64,000 bases of DNA from Syntrophales bacterium (GTDB lineage: Bacteria > Desulfobacterota > Syntrophia > Syntrophales > UBA2210). Positions 53,344 through 62,215 of the stretch are shown piece by piece. Every line of letters starts with the position of its first letter. Positions within the stretch are counted from its first letter, which is position 1. Location of the stretch: contig CAXXKT010000002.1 in NCBI GenBank assembly GCA_963662405.2, forward strand, positions 160,001-224,000. The letters are read 5' to 3'. The notes beneath the pieces were generated by a model. It was given only the letters and a program-made list of their open reading frames with translations. It did not search any database and was not told the origin of the DNA. The translations under genes were made by a program, and so were the position numbers.

Positions 53344-53475
53344 AGGACTAATCCAGGGACATCCTCAAAAAGTGGAGGATACGCGCATCCGAGGCATATA
53401 CCGGCTGTATGTCATCATTCCTGCACGCACCTGAAAAGGCTCGCCTCTCACATCCTCCCGTAGTTTTCAGCAAGA

Positions 53476-53504
53476 ACTGTACCATCCAACTACAGATATG
53501 TAAA
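53476..53504 (-). promoter_or_regulatory. possible internal sigma70 promoter for lptCAB-rpoN
   Basis: Minus strand TTTACA-N17-TACAGT with TG extension, in the 170-bp kdsC-lptC gap. Confidence 0.4.
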
Positions 53505-53513
53505 GGGGAACTC

Positions 53514-54053
53514 TCACTCTCCTGAGCGTATTCCATATCGTTCAGTTACCACGTCCCATGCCCCCCGGGCGGCGAGTATCATCTCACAGATTTCTCGTAC
53601 CGCACCCTTTCCTCCTTTTTTTTCCGTAACATAATCCGCCCACTCCTTGACGTAGTCAGGGGCATCGGCAACAGCAGCCGAAAATCCGACCATCTTGAAA
53701 ACGGGGACATCAACAACATCATCTCCTACATAGGCAACACAGGCCCCCGACACCCCCTTTTTATCGAGAATCGATTCCATGATCTGGCCCTTGTCTCGCG
53801 CCCCCTGATACACATCTGTGATGCCGAGTTCATGAGCGCGGTGTCGCACCACCTCGGATGTCCTTCCGGTCAGGAGGACAACCTCGACACCACCTCGCAT
53901 CAGCAGCTTAAGTCCGTGGCCGTCTCTGACATGGAAGTGTTTCGATTCGTTTCCCAGGTCGTCGATGATAATCTTTCCATCTGTCAGAACACCGTCAACA
54001 TCCAGAATCAAGAGCACAACGTTTTCAAGTTTTTGAGCAAGAGACTGTTCCAT
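53514..54053 (-). CDS. kdsC: KDO 8-phosphate phosphatase
   Basis: DVDGVLTDG, RDGHG, GDDVVD, GGKGAVRE. Confidence 0.93.
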   Translation of the reverse strand: MEQSLAQKLENVVLLILDVDGVLTDGKIIIDDLGNESKHFHVRDGHGLKLLMRGGVEVVLLTGRTSEVVRHRAHELGITDVYQGARDKGQIMESILDKKGVSGACVAYVGDDVVDVPVFKMVGFSAAVADAPDYVKEWADYVTEKKGGKGAVREICEMILAARGAWDVVTERYGIRSGE

Positions 54054-54064
54054 GTTTTCTCCAA

Positions 54065-54895
54065 TCATGAATGACTCTTCACAATGTGATCGATCTTCTT
54101 GAGCATTCCGAGAAAATCAGGCAGCATATCGAGTGAAAGAGAATTGGGCCCGTCACAGAGCGCACACTCGGGATCCGGATGAACCTCCAGGAAAAGCCCG
54201 TCGACACCGGTAGCGATGGCCGCACGCGCTAAGTATACAGCCATCTCCCGGTCACCCCCGGACGAAGTACCGCTCCCCCCGGGTAGCTGGACGCTGTGAG
54301 TAGCATCAAAGACGACGGGATACCCCAGCTTCCTCAGGATGGGGAGCGATCGCATATCGGCAACGAGGTTGTTATAACCGAAAGAAACCCCCCTTTCGGT
54401 TATCAGGATCTTGTTGTTCCCGGCAGAAACAATCTTCCCGATAATGTTCGAGACATCCCACGGGGCAAGGAATTGTCCCTTCTTGACGTTGACGATAGCA
54501 CCAGCCTTTCCGACCGCCCGGAGAAAATCCGTCTGTCGGCACAGGAAAGCTGGAATCTGCATAATATCGAGCACCTTTGATGCCGCATCGATCTCCTCAA
54601 AACGGTGGACATCGGAGAGCACGGGAATCCCCAGACCCTCCCTGATCTCCCGGAGAATGGCGAGTCCCTCATCGAGACCGGGCCCCCTGAAGGAATCAAT
54701 AGAACTCCGGTTCGCCTTATCATAAGATGCCTTGAAGATAAAAGGGATCCCCAGATCATCGGTCAGGTCCCTGAGATACCGGGCAATTTCCTCGGTCTTC
54801 ACCCCGTCCTCGATGACACAAGGACCCGCAATCAAGACAAAGGGGGTGCCGTCTCCCAGCACCATATCATTGAGAACAACTTGTTCCATGTTCAT
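54065..54895 (-). CDS. kdsA: KDO 8-phosphate synthase
   Basis: AGPCVIE, KASYDKANRSS, QIPAFLCRQTD, DATHSVQ. Confidence 0.97.
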   Translation of the reverse strand: MNMEQVVLNDMVLGDGTPFVLIAGPCVIEDGVKTEEIARYLRDLTDDLGIPFIFKASYDKANRSSIDSFRGPGLDEGLAILREIREGLGIPVLSDVHRFEEIDAASKVLDIMQIPAFLCRQTDFLRAVGKAGAIVNVKKGQFLAPWDVSNIIGKIVSAGNNKILITERGVSFGYNNLVADMRSLPILRKLGYPVVFDATHSVQLPGGSGTSSGGDREMAVYLARAAIATGVDGLFLEVHPDPECALCDGPNSLSLDMLPDFLGMLKKIDHIVKSHS

Positions 54896-56886
54896 CCCCC
54901 TCGGTGTTTCTGTTGTAGCATTCGAATCCTCATTTGCGGGATCTTGCGTGCCGCGTCACGCGCATCGGGATTGATCTGATGTGCACGGGTGTATTCGGCA
55001 AGTGCTTCTTGATACATTCCCTTCTGTTCGTACGCTTCTCCCAGCCGGTAGTAAACCCTGTCGTCCTCCCGATCGTATCGGAGCGACGCCTTGTAATTGG
55101 CAATCGCCTTGTCGATATCCCCCTTCAGGCTGTACACGTATCCGATACCCGCGTATAGGCCAGCCTCCTGTGGCTGGAGTTTGATCATCTTCTGATAGGT
55201 AGCTATGGTCTTATCGTGCTGTTTTTCCATTTGGTAATGGTTTGCCAGAATCGTCAGGACTTCCATAGTGGGTCTTTTCGAGGCATATTTTTCATACAAG
55301 GCGATGGCTTTCCCCTTTGCCCCGCTCCGATCATAGGCGACGGCGAGGTGATAATCGATATCATGATCCTTCGAACCATACTTCCGGGCCTTTTCATAGT
55401 TGCGAGCCGACTCCTTATGGCGTTTCATCTCGCCGTAGACAAGCCCCAACCTTTCGTACAGAAATACCTCCTTCGGCCGGTCTTTTGCCACTTTCTCATA
55501 CAGGACCACCGCCCTGCGGTATTCTTTTTTCAGCAGGTAATATTCGGCAAGCCTCAGCCGGGCATCCGGGTCTCCCGGTTTCAATTTCAATACCTTCCGA
55601 TACTCTTCGGCCGCGCTGTCGTATTTTTTTTCTTTCTCATACGCCGTAGCGAGGTTGAAGTGTATGATCGGATCGTTGGGACTGAGAGAAATGGCCTTCC
55701 GGTAATTCGCGATCTCTCGCGCGGAGTCCCCCCGGCTCCCATAGGCAACCCCTATGTTGGCATACGCCGAGGCGTTATTGGGCTGCTTTTGTATCACCTT
55801 CAGGTACATAGCAATGGCATCGTCATTCCTGCCCACCCGTAGGTAGGCATCCGCGAGAACAACCATCACCCCCGCATCACCCGGCATTTTCTTCAGCACC
55901 TTTTCGTACTCTTCGATCGCCTTTTTGGTCCTGCCCGTCTTTTCATATGCCTCGGCCAGGTTATAACGGACTGTGGTACTGTTGGGATTCAGGCTGAGCG
56001 ACGCCTCGCTGTTTGCCGCCGCTCGAATCCAATTTCCCAACTGGGCGTAGGAATAGGCGATATTTGCGTAGGCGATATCGTCCTTGGGATCGATTGCAAT
56101 AATCTTTCGGTAGGCGGAAATCGCCTTCTTGTGCTGCTTGGTGACCATGTATATCTTCGCCAACTCGATCAATGAAGCGAGATCGTCCGATTTATGGGTC
56201 AAGACCCGCTTATACTCCTCGATCCCCTTGTCGGTCTGTTTTGCTTTGACGTACAATCGTGCCAGCATCTTGCGGGTATTGAGATCATCCGGTTGCATCT
56301 GAACGGCATGCTCGAGATACTCTATTTGAGATTTTTCCGCCGTGCTACCTCGCGCGAATCGTAGCCAGTCCTGGGGCGTAATCAGGATATCGATCGGGAT
56401 GGACGCAATCGGTTGATTATGGTGGAAAACCGTAACTTTGAAAGTATTCTTCTCGTCTGAGATCTTTTTGTCAACAAGTTCGATCCCCTTGAGCAATACC
56501 TCAAAATCGCTCTCCGTTCCCGCTCCCTCGACATCCACCGTGATCCCCCGGTTGAAAAGAGCGTTCGTCGACACACGCCTTACGACAAACTCATCACGGT
56601 AAGAGACTACAAAGTGGTCTTGTTCCCCCAACCTGAAATCCTGACCGTTTTTCTCTATATCAACGTAATGGAGCCGGGGGACCTCCCTCCCGAAGGCAAC
56701 CAGAACAACGTCTCTCGCCTTTTCCAGATACGCAAATCCGTCGAAGGTCTCCATGAGGGGTCTGAAGGCTATCCCCACGCCGAAAGAGAGCATGACAACG
56801 AGAAAGATGATTATTCCGGTCCGCTTAGTGGCACGGGTTTCTTCGTGTTTTCTTTTTTTATCTATGGAATCGCGATAATAATCCAT
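54892..56886 (-). CDS. membrane-anchored tetratricopeptide repeat protein
   Basis: N-terminal TM, about 130-aa non-repeat domain, then a long run of ~34-aa repeats (AYANI.., YNLAEAYE..). Confidence 0.88.
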   Translation of the reverse strand: MDYYRDSIDKKRKHEETRATKRTGIIIFLVVMLSFGVGIAFRPLMETFDGFAYLEKARDVVLVAFGREVPRLHYVDIEKNGQDFRLGEQDHFVVSYRDEFVVRRVSTNALFNRGITVDVEGAGTESDFEVLLKGIELVDKKISDEKNTFKVTVFHHNQPIASIPIDILITPQDWLRFARGSTAEKSQIEYLEHAVQMQPDDLNTRKMLARLYVKAKQTDKGIEEYKRVLTHKSDDLASLIELAKIYMVTKQHKKAISAYRKIIAIDPKDDIAYANIAYSYAQLGNWIRAAANSEASLSLNPNSTTVRYNLAEAYEKTGRTKKAIEEYEKVLKKMPGDAGVMVVLADAYLRVGRNDDAIAMYLKVIQKQPNNASAYANIGVAYGSRGDSAREIANYRKAISLSPNDPIIHFNLATAYEKEKKYDSAAEEYRKVLKLKPGDPDARLRLAEYYLLKKEYRRAVVLYEKVAKDRPKEVFLYERLGLVYGEMKRHKESARNYEKARKYGSKDHDIDYHLAVAYDRSGAKGKAIALYEKYASKRPTMEVLTILANHYQMEKQHDKTIATYQKMIKLQPQEAGLYAGIGYVYSLKGDIDKAIANYKASLRYDREDDRVYYRLGEAYEQKGMYQEALAEYTRAHQINPDARDAARKIPQMRIRMLQQKHRGG

Positions 56887-56888
56887 CG

Positions 56889-57791
56889 TTACCCTCTGGG
56901 ATGATATTTCCGGTGAATCTCCCTGAGCCGTTCCCGGGTGACGTGTGTATAAATCTGCGTTGTCGATATATCGGCATGGCCGAGCATCACCTGGACGGAT
57001 CGTAGATCGGCCCCCCCCTCCAGAAGGTGGGTCGCAAACGAATGTCTGAACGTATGCGGATACACCTTTTTCTGAAGCCCGGCCGTTCTAACATATTTTT
57101 TTACAATCTTCCAGAATCCCTGGCGCGTCAACTGATTGCCGGAGCGATTGAGAAACAGGACATTCACGGCCACGGGCTTTCCTCCGACCAGCTTCTTGCG
57201 TGCCTCGGCGACATACCGATTCACGCAATTCAAGGCCGTTTGACCGATCGGGACAACCCTCTCTTTATTCCCTTTCCCCAAGACAATGAGATAACCCGCC
57301 TGCCAGTTTATATTCCCCATCCCCAAACCGACCAGCTCCGATACGCGTATTCCCGTTGCATAGAGGAGTTCCAACATGGCCGTATCCCTTAAGGCTAGGG
57401 GCGTCTTCATGCCGGGCTGCTTCAGGAGAAGCTCCATCTCACTACGGCTGAGTGTATCGGGAAGGCGCATCCATACCTTCGCCAGTTCTATGGATCCCAC
57501 CGGATTTTCATCAATACGATTCTCGGCCAGGAGATACTTGTACAATCCTCTGAGCGCCGCCAGTGACCGATTGATGGAGGTAGCTGCCAGACCACGCCCT
57601 TTCAGCTCACCGAGAAATGAGATGATCGTATCGGAAGAAGAATCCTCGATATGCGTAATCCCCATCCCTTCGACAAAATCGAGATATCGGTTCAGGTCCC
57701 GGCTGTACGCCTCGAGGGTATTCAAGGAAACGCCCTTTTCAACCGCGATAAAATTGAGATACCCATCGATGCACTTGTACATGGTCTCCAC
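56889..57791 (-). CDS. xerD: site-specific tyrosine recombinase
   Basis: LYATGIRVSEL, GKGNKER, HTFRHSFATHLL, LGHADISTTQIYTHV, YHPR. Confidence 0.95.
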   Translation of the reverse strand: METMYKCIDGYLNFIAVEKGVSLNTLEAYSRDLNRYLDFVEGMGITHIEDSSSDTIISFLGELKGRGLAATSINRSLAALRGLYKYLLAENRIDENPVGSIELAKVWMRLPDTLSRSEMELLLKQPGMKTPLALRDTAMLELLYATGIRVSELVGLGMGNINWQAGYLIVLGKGNKERVVPIGQTALNCVNRYVAEARKKLVGGKPVAVNVLFLNRSGNQLTRQGFWKIVKKYVRTAGLQKKVYPHTFRHSFATHLLEGGADLRSVQVMLGHADISTTQIYTHVTRERLREIHRKYHPRG

Positions 57792-57869
57792 CCTTTTATA
57801 CCGGCGAAAGGCTAAAGGACACCCAAAGGGCTTACAAACAGTCTCTCTGCCTGTCGCGCATCCTTCATC

Positions 57870-58337
57870 TCAGCATCCCCCCTTATCGATGTAGCCGCAC
57901 CACTGAAAATTGTTTGCCTTGTCAATCTGGTCATTCAGCGTCCAGAAATCATACAGATACCCAAGACCGAAAACACCCCCTGTCAGCAGATACAAAATTC
58001 CCGTGAACCACTTCTCAAGGTACATTCGATGTACCCCAAAGACCCCGAGATAAGTCAAAAGGATCCATGCGGTGGAATCATTGACCCATCCCTCTGCAAA
58101 ACGCGGGTCACTCCGCCGCTGACCTGACGAGAGGACATCAGCCTCAGCCTGTCGCTGGAACGACGGGATCAGAAAAAGATCAACCAGCCATCCGATGCCG
58201 AGAAGGCCGAAGGTCAGGAAATAGACCGTTCCCGAGATCGGCCTGCTGTAATAGAACCGGTGAGCACCGGTAAAACCGAAGAGCCACAGGACATAACCCG
58301 TCGATGTGCGGTTCATTGTATTCTCTTCCACAGGCAT
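57870..58337 (-). CDS. tandem TM2-domain membrane protein
   Basis: Two repeats GAHRFY..TFGLLGIG and GVHRMY..TGGVFGLG. Confidence 0.85.
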   Translation of the reverse strand: MPVEENTMNRTSTGYVLWLFGFTGAHRFYYSRPISGTVYFLTFGLLGIGWLVDLFLIPSFQRQAEADVLSSGQRRSDPRFAEGWVNDSTAWILLTYLGVFGVHRMYLEKWFTGILYLLTGGVFGLGYLYDFWTLNDQIDKANNFQWCGYIDKGGC

Positions 58338-58479
58338 TCCCTCCTTTCAGAGAATTACGCCCTCTTCAAGCTGCCGTTCATCACATTCAACGGCAACCAC
58401 GTTCCATTGTCAAGGATTATAGCGAGTCGATATTCACTCCGGAGGCCTGCCTCTGTCGCGCCACGCGTATTGCGCGTGT

Positions 58480-58992
58480 TCAACAGAGAGACAGGAAATC
58501 GATAACGGAGCGTGCGGGCGGTGACAGCCTCAACCGCCCTTCCCTCTCTCTTCGCAGGATATCCGCAACAGTCATGAACGCGACGGAAGCGATTTCGTCG
58601 CGTTTCCGGGTGAACGGTCCCGATGAGAATACCTTGAATACAGAGGAATACTCCGTCTCGGTCGGATAACGGTAGAGAAATGTCCCCAGAAACTCCCCGG
58701 GCAGATCGATACCGAGTTCCTCCCTGGTCTCCCTGACGGCCGCCTCCTCGTACGATTCACCGGCATCGACATGACCGCTCACCGACGTCACCCACTGACC
58801 GGGATTGACATCCTTTGAGTGACTCCGCTCCTGCCACAGGATCTCCCCCCAATCATTGAAGACCAGGACAAAGACCGCCCGGTGGATCAGCGCGGGATCA
58901 GCGTGACATTCGCGACGCGTCGCCTGTCCGATAACGGTGTCGTCACCATCCACGATATCAAACAGTTCTTCAGGGTTATCGGTGATTGCCAT
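58480..58992 (-). CDS. Nudix hydrolase (YfcD/IPP-isomerase-like)
   Basis: HRAVFVLVFN; GHVDAGESYEEAAVRETREELG. Confidence 0.9.
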   Translation of the reverse strand: MAITDNPEELFDIVDGDDTVIGQATRRECHADPALIHRAVFVLVFNDWGEILWQERSHSKDVNPGQWVTSVSGHVDAGESYEEAAVRETREELGIDLPGEFLGTFLYRYPTETEYSSVFKVFSSGPFTRKRDEIASVAFMTVADILRREREGRLRLSPPARSVIDFLSLC

Positions 58993-59039
58993 GATATTCC
59001 AGCGTATTTCACACCTGCGGTGATGGTCGCTTGTGGTTT

Positions 59040-59693
59040 TCAGTGTCGTTCAACAACATGTCGCCGCTCTTGCGCGGCCCTATCCCGGCCCCGCCCCCAG
59101 GGAAAGGCGTTCCGCGTCATCGCATCACGCATGGACTCGATCCAGACATCCCAGTACGAAACCGATGTACAGCCACGGGGAATATATCCGAGGTCGATCT
59201 TGAGATCTCCAAGAGAGGGTTTTTCTTGGTGCAATATCTCCTCAATTTCGGAAAAGGGAATCCACGCGTAGACCCCCCGTTCAGTCGTGCTCCCGTCCGT
59301 CTCGTCCGTGGGATTGTTCATGATGCGCCGTGCGGGTACGAAGGGAACCTCCACGAAGTAGGTTGCAAAACCGTTTGTTATCGAAGGACTCTGCTCTTCG
59401 ATTTGCTCCCCAAGCCATGTTCGAGAGAAATACCGGCGCGTTTCCTCTTCCGTTTCCCGTGCCGCCGTTTCCCGCTGCGTCTCTCCGTCAAACGCGCTAC
59501 CCCCGAAGGATCCCCAACCGCGCGAGCTGTTAGCGTGATCGGCAAGAAGGAGCAACACATCGTGCCCCCGGCAACAGTACAGAACGATCCCCGCGGGTCC
59601 TTGCGCGTACATGGGGGAAACGGCAATAGTGATTACAACAACAATCGCAGCAATGAGGGTTGATATTCTAAAGGGTATCCTATTTCGCAACAT
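59040..59693 (-). CDS. Nudix-box protein with N-terminal signal peptide or TM
   Basis: GSAFDGETQRETAARETEEET; hydrophobic N-terminus; AGGAG RBS before ATG 59693. Confidence 0.75.
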   Translation of the reverse strand: MLRNRIPFRISTLIAAIVVVITIAVSPMYAQGPAGIVLYCCRGHDVLLLLADHANSSRGWGSFGGSAFDGETQRETAARETEEETRRYFSRTWLGEQIEEQSPSITNGFATYFVEVPFVPARRIMNNPTDETDGSTTERGVYAWIPFSEIEEILHQEKPSLGDLKIDLGYIPRGCTSVSYWDVWIESMRDAMTRNAFPWGRGRDRAAQERRHVVERH

Positions 59694-59730
59694 ATCTCCT
59701 ATCAGTTTTCCCAAAACTGAACGGAAAGTC

Positions 59731-60623
59731 GGGGTCAGGTCTTGCTTTTTGCCACTTTTGACGCGATTTTGCTGACCCGTGAATAATGGAGCCCGACGTG
59801 GTCACCCACATCCTTTAATCCATATCCCCAATGGCGCACGGCATCATAGATCCCTTCATCTCTCTCCGTACCATCGAATATCTCAGCGAGAGAAGGACGC
59901 GCGGCATACTTCTCCATTCGCACCGCTTCACCCATTTCCGACACATTGATCATCGTTCGTATTTTTTCGATAAACTCTCCTCGCCCTACGATGAGCCCTC
60001 CTTTGGCCTCTTTCAAAGGACTTTCAATACCGGATCCTTCCTTCACAAATGAGGCGTACCGTTCGCGGGCCTGACCCTTCGAAGCTGAGAAGAGATCAAG
60101 CAACCAGTCCGTATGGAGAAACGACTCTTGCGGTTTCACACCGGTTGTCGCACCGTATGACGACCACACCCAGTCTTCCGGCGAACGGACCAACCCCGCC
60201 CGGATGGGATTCAACGCTATATATCGGCTCAGTTCGAGAAGGTAGGGATCCTTTTCAACGACGAACGCCTTATAGCGACCCTGTAAGAGATGGCCGACAC
60301 GGTTGTGGGCCCTGTTATACTTCTGAGTATACACGCCGTTGAGCTGGCGCATCCCCTGGGATAGATTGGCCTGGGGGGTTTCCACCAGGAGGTGGTAGTG
60401 ATTGCCCATGAGGCAGTACGCGTGGACAATCCAGCGATACTGCTTGACCACACTGGCAAGAATCGAGAGAAACATTCGGTAGTCTTTATTATCTATAAAG
60501 ATATCCTGCCGGGCATTCCCCCGGGAGGTCACATGATAGAAACCACCTTCGTATTCTATGCGTAGAGGTCGCGCCATGGGAAACGGGTATCACACCCGAT
60601 GGCAAAAAGCAAGACCTGACCCC
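59731..60623. mobile_element. 893-bp element: RAYT-type transposase bounded by perfect 24-bp inverted repeats
   Basis: GGGGTCAGGTCTTGCTTTTTGCCA (59731-59754) and TGGCAAAAAGCAAGACCTGACCCC (60600-60623). Confidence 0.85.
59735..60577 (-). CDS. Y1 HUH transposase (RAYT/IS200-like) with C-terminal HTH-like region
   Basis: YHVTSRGN, YCLMGNHYHLL (HUH), QGRY, RYIALNP (catalytic Tyr), WSSY. Confidence 0.93.
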   Translation of the reverse strand: MARPLRIEYEGGFYHVTSRGNARQDIFIDNKDYRMFLSILASVVKQYRWIVHAYCLMGNHYHLLVETPQANLSQGMRQLNGVYTQKYNRAHNRVGHLLQGRYKAFVVEKDPYLLELSRYIALNPIRAGLVRSPEDWVWSSYGATTGVKPQESFLHTDWLLDLFSASKGQARERYASFVKEGSGIESPLKEAKGGLIVGRGEFIEKIRTMINVSEMGEAVRMEKYAARPSLAEIFDGTERDEGIYDAVRHWGYGLKDVGDHVGLHYSRVSKIASKVAKSKT

Positions 60624-60646
60624 TTTTCCTCCTTTTCCACAGGCAA

Positions 60647-61096
60647 TCATTCACTCTGTCTTTTCCTCTGCAAAAGATCAAATCGCTTATAGAAACCGAA
60701 CCTTTGATAGTATTCCAGAACAGGATCATTTCCTTCCGCGACGAAGAGGAATATCTCTACACAACCCTTTTCATCGAGCCAGCCCAGGGCCGCCCGCATA
60801 AGCTGTTCGGCGATACCCCGATTTCGAAAGACAGGATCGACATAGAGCGAGTCGACCTCACCCCGGTTCTTTTCGACACTGGCAATACAATAGCCTGCGT
60901 ATTGGTCGCCACCGTCTCCCACGGCGAAGATCGCGCAGTGGTCCTTGCGGAAGATCGCCTGCATCCGCTTTTCGAAGGTGAGCGAGGTGAAGTGGTCTCG
61001 GAAGTTTCCGGCCAACCCTCCGTGATGAGCGTTCAGGCCTTCCCACAGTCCCTCAATCTCACGGTATTCTTCTCTTTTGAGTTCAATGATATCCAT
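60647..61096 (-). CDS. GNAT N-acetyltransferase
   Basis: SLYVDPVFRNRGIA, GNDPVLEYYQRFGF. Confidence 0.88.
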   Translation of the reverse strand: MDIIELKREEYREIEGLWEGLNAHHGGLAGNFRDHFTSLTFEKRMQAIFRKDHCAIFAVGDGGDQYAGYCIASVEKNRGEVDSLYVDPVFRNRGIAEQLMRAALGWLDEKGCVEIFLFVAEGNDPVLEYYQRFGFYKRFDLLQRKRQSE

Positions 61097-61176
61097 GGGT
61101 AATCCGCTGTTGATTTGACATTCTCGGACCCTCCCCTTCCCTGTAAGGAATTCGTCAACGGGTCGAATGTCTGTGA

Positions 61177-61986
61177 CTATTCCACCTCGTGGAGATGAAC
61201 ATCCTGCTGCGGAAAAGGAATGGTGATCCCCTCCGCATCAAAACGTTTTTTGATCTTCTCCTGGAGGTCAAAAAAAACATCCCAGTAATCCGCGGTCATG
61301 ACCCATGGCCTGACAACAAAATTTACGCTGCTGTCGGCAAGTTCCAGCACGGCGATCGTCGGAGCCGGGTCCCGCAGGATGCGTTGATCTTCCGAGACGA
61401 TTTTCGTGAGAACCGCCCGAACCTTGTCGAGATCGTCGCCATAGCTGACACCCGCGACGATATCGATCCGGCGCTGGTCTTTGGCCGAATAGTTGACGAT
61501 CTTGTCGGCTGTTACTTTGGCGTTCGGTATGATGATCTTCTTGTTATCCGGAGATTTGAGCTCCGTGGTGAAGATCCCGATCGCTTCAACAGTCCCCGCG
61601 GTACCGCCGGCTTCGATATAATCCCCCACTTTGAAGGGTTTGAAAATGATCATCAGAACACCGGCGGCAAAATTGGCCAGTGAACCCTGCAGGGCCAGTC
61701 CAACGGCCAGACCGGCGGCGCCAATCACGGCAATGAACGAGGCGGTCTGGACGCCAAGCTGTCCCAGCGCGGCTATGACGACGAATGCCATCAGGGCCAC
61801 ATAGGTCACACTGGTCACAAAGGAGACCAGGGCTTCATCCGCACGGCTCCTGCGGAGAAGACGCCCGACAAGAGCCCTGATAGCCTTGGCCGCCACGTAC
61901 CCGATTACAAAGATTGCCGCAGATCCGACAACCTTCAAACCATACAGCACAATCCATTCCTGAAGCTTCACAGCGATCTGGTCCAT
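61177..61986 (-). CDS. mscS: small-conductance mechanosensitive channel
   Basis: GAAGLAVGLALQGSLANFAAG, PFKVGD, ITIPFPQ. Confidence 0.95.
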   Translation of the reverse strand: MDQIAVKLQEWIVLYGLKVVGSAAIFVIGYVAAKAIRALVGRLLRRSRADEALVSFVTSVTYVALMAFVVIAALGQLGVQTASFIAVIGAAGLAVGLALQGSLANFAAGVLMIIFKPFKVGDYIEAGGTAGTVEAIGIFTTELKSPDNKKIIIPNAKVTADKIVNYSAKDQRRIDIVAGVSYGDDLDKVRAVLTKIVSEDQRILRDPAPTIAVLELADSSVNFVVRPWVMTADYWDVFFDLQEKIKKRFDAEGITIPFPQQDVHLHEVE

Positions 61987-62215
61987 TGGTTCCCCCCTTT
62001 TGTCGAGTTAACGACACAAACCCGTCTTCTCATGGTGAAAAGCAGGGCTTTAAATGATCAGACCATGTTCGTCCTTGTGTGGCCAGGGTTCAGGTGTACT
62101 TCTGATACAGACAGGTTCAAGGTCAGTACCTTTTCTGGGAAAATTAGACCAACAGGAACGAATTGTCAAGAAATATCGCAGAGTCACACGTTCAGGGGAC
62201 AAGACCTTTCTAAGG

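Noticed and set aside
56889..57791. Tyrosine recombinase as a prophage or island integrase
   Set aside because: Canonical XerD sequence in housekeeping context; no att repeats or phage genes
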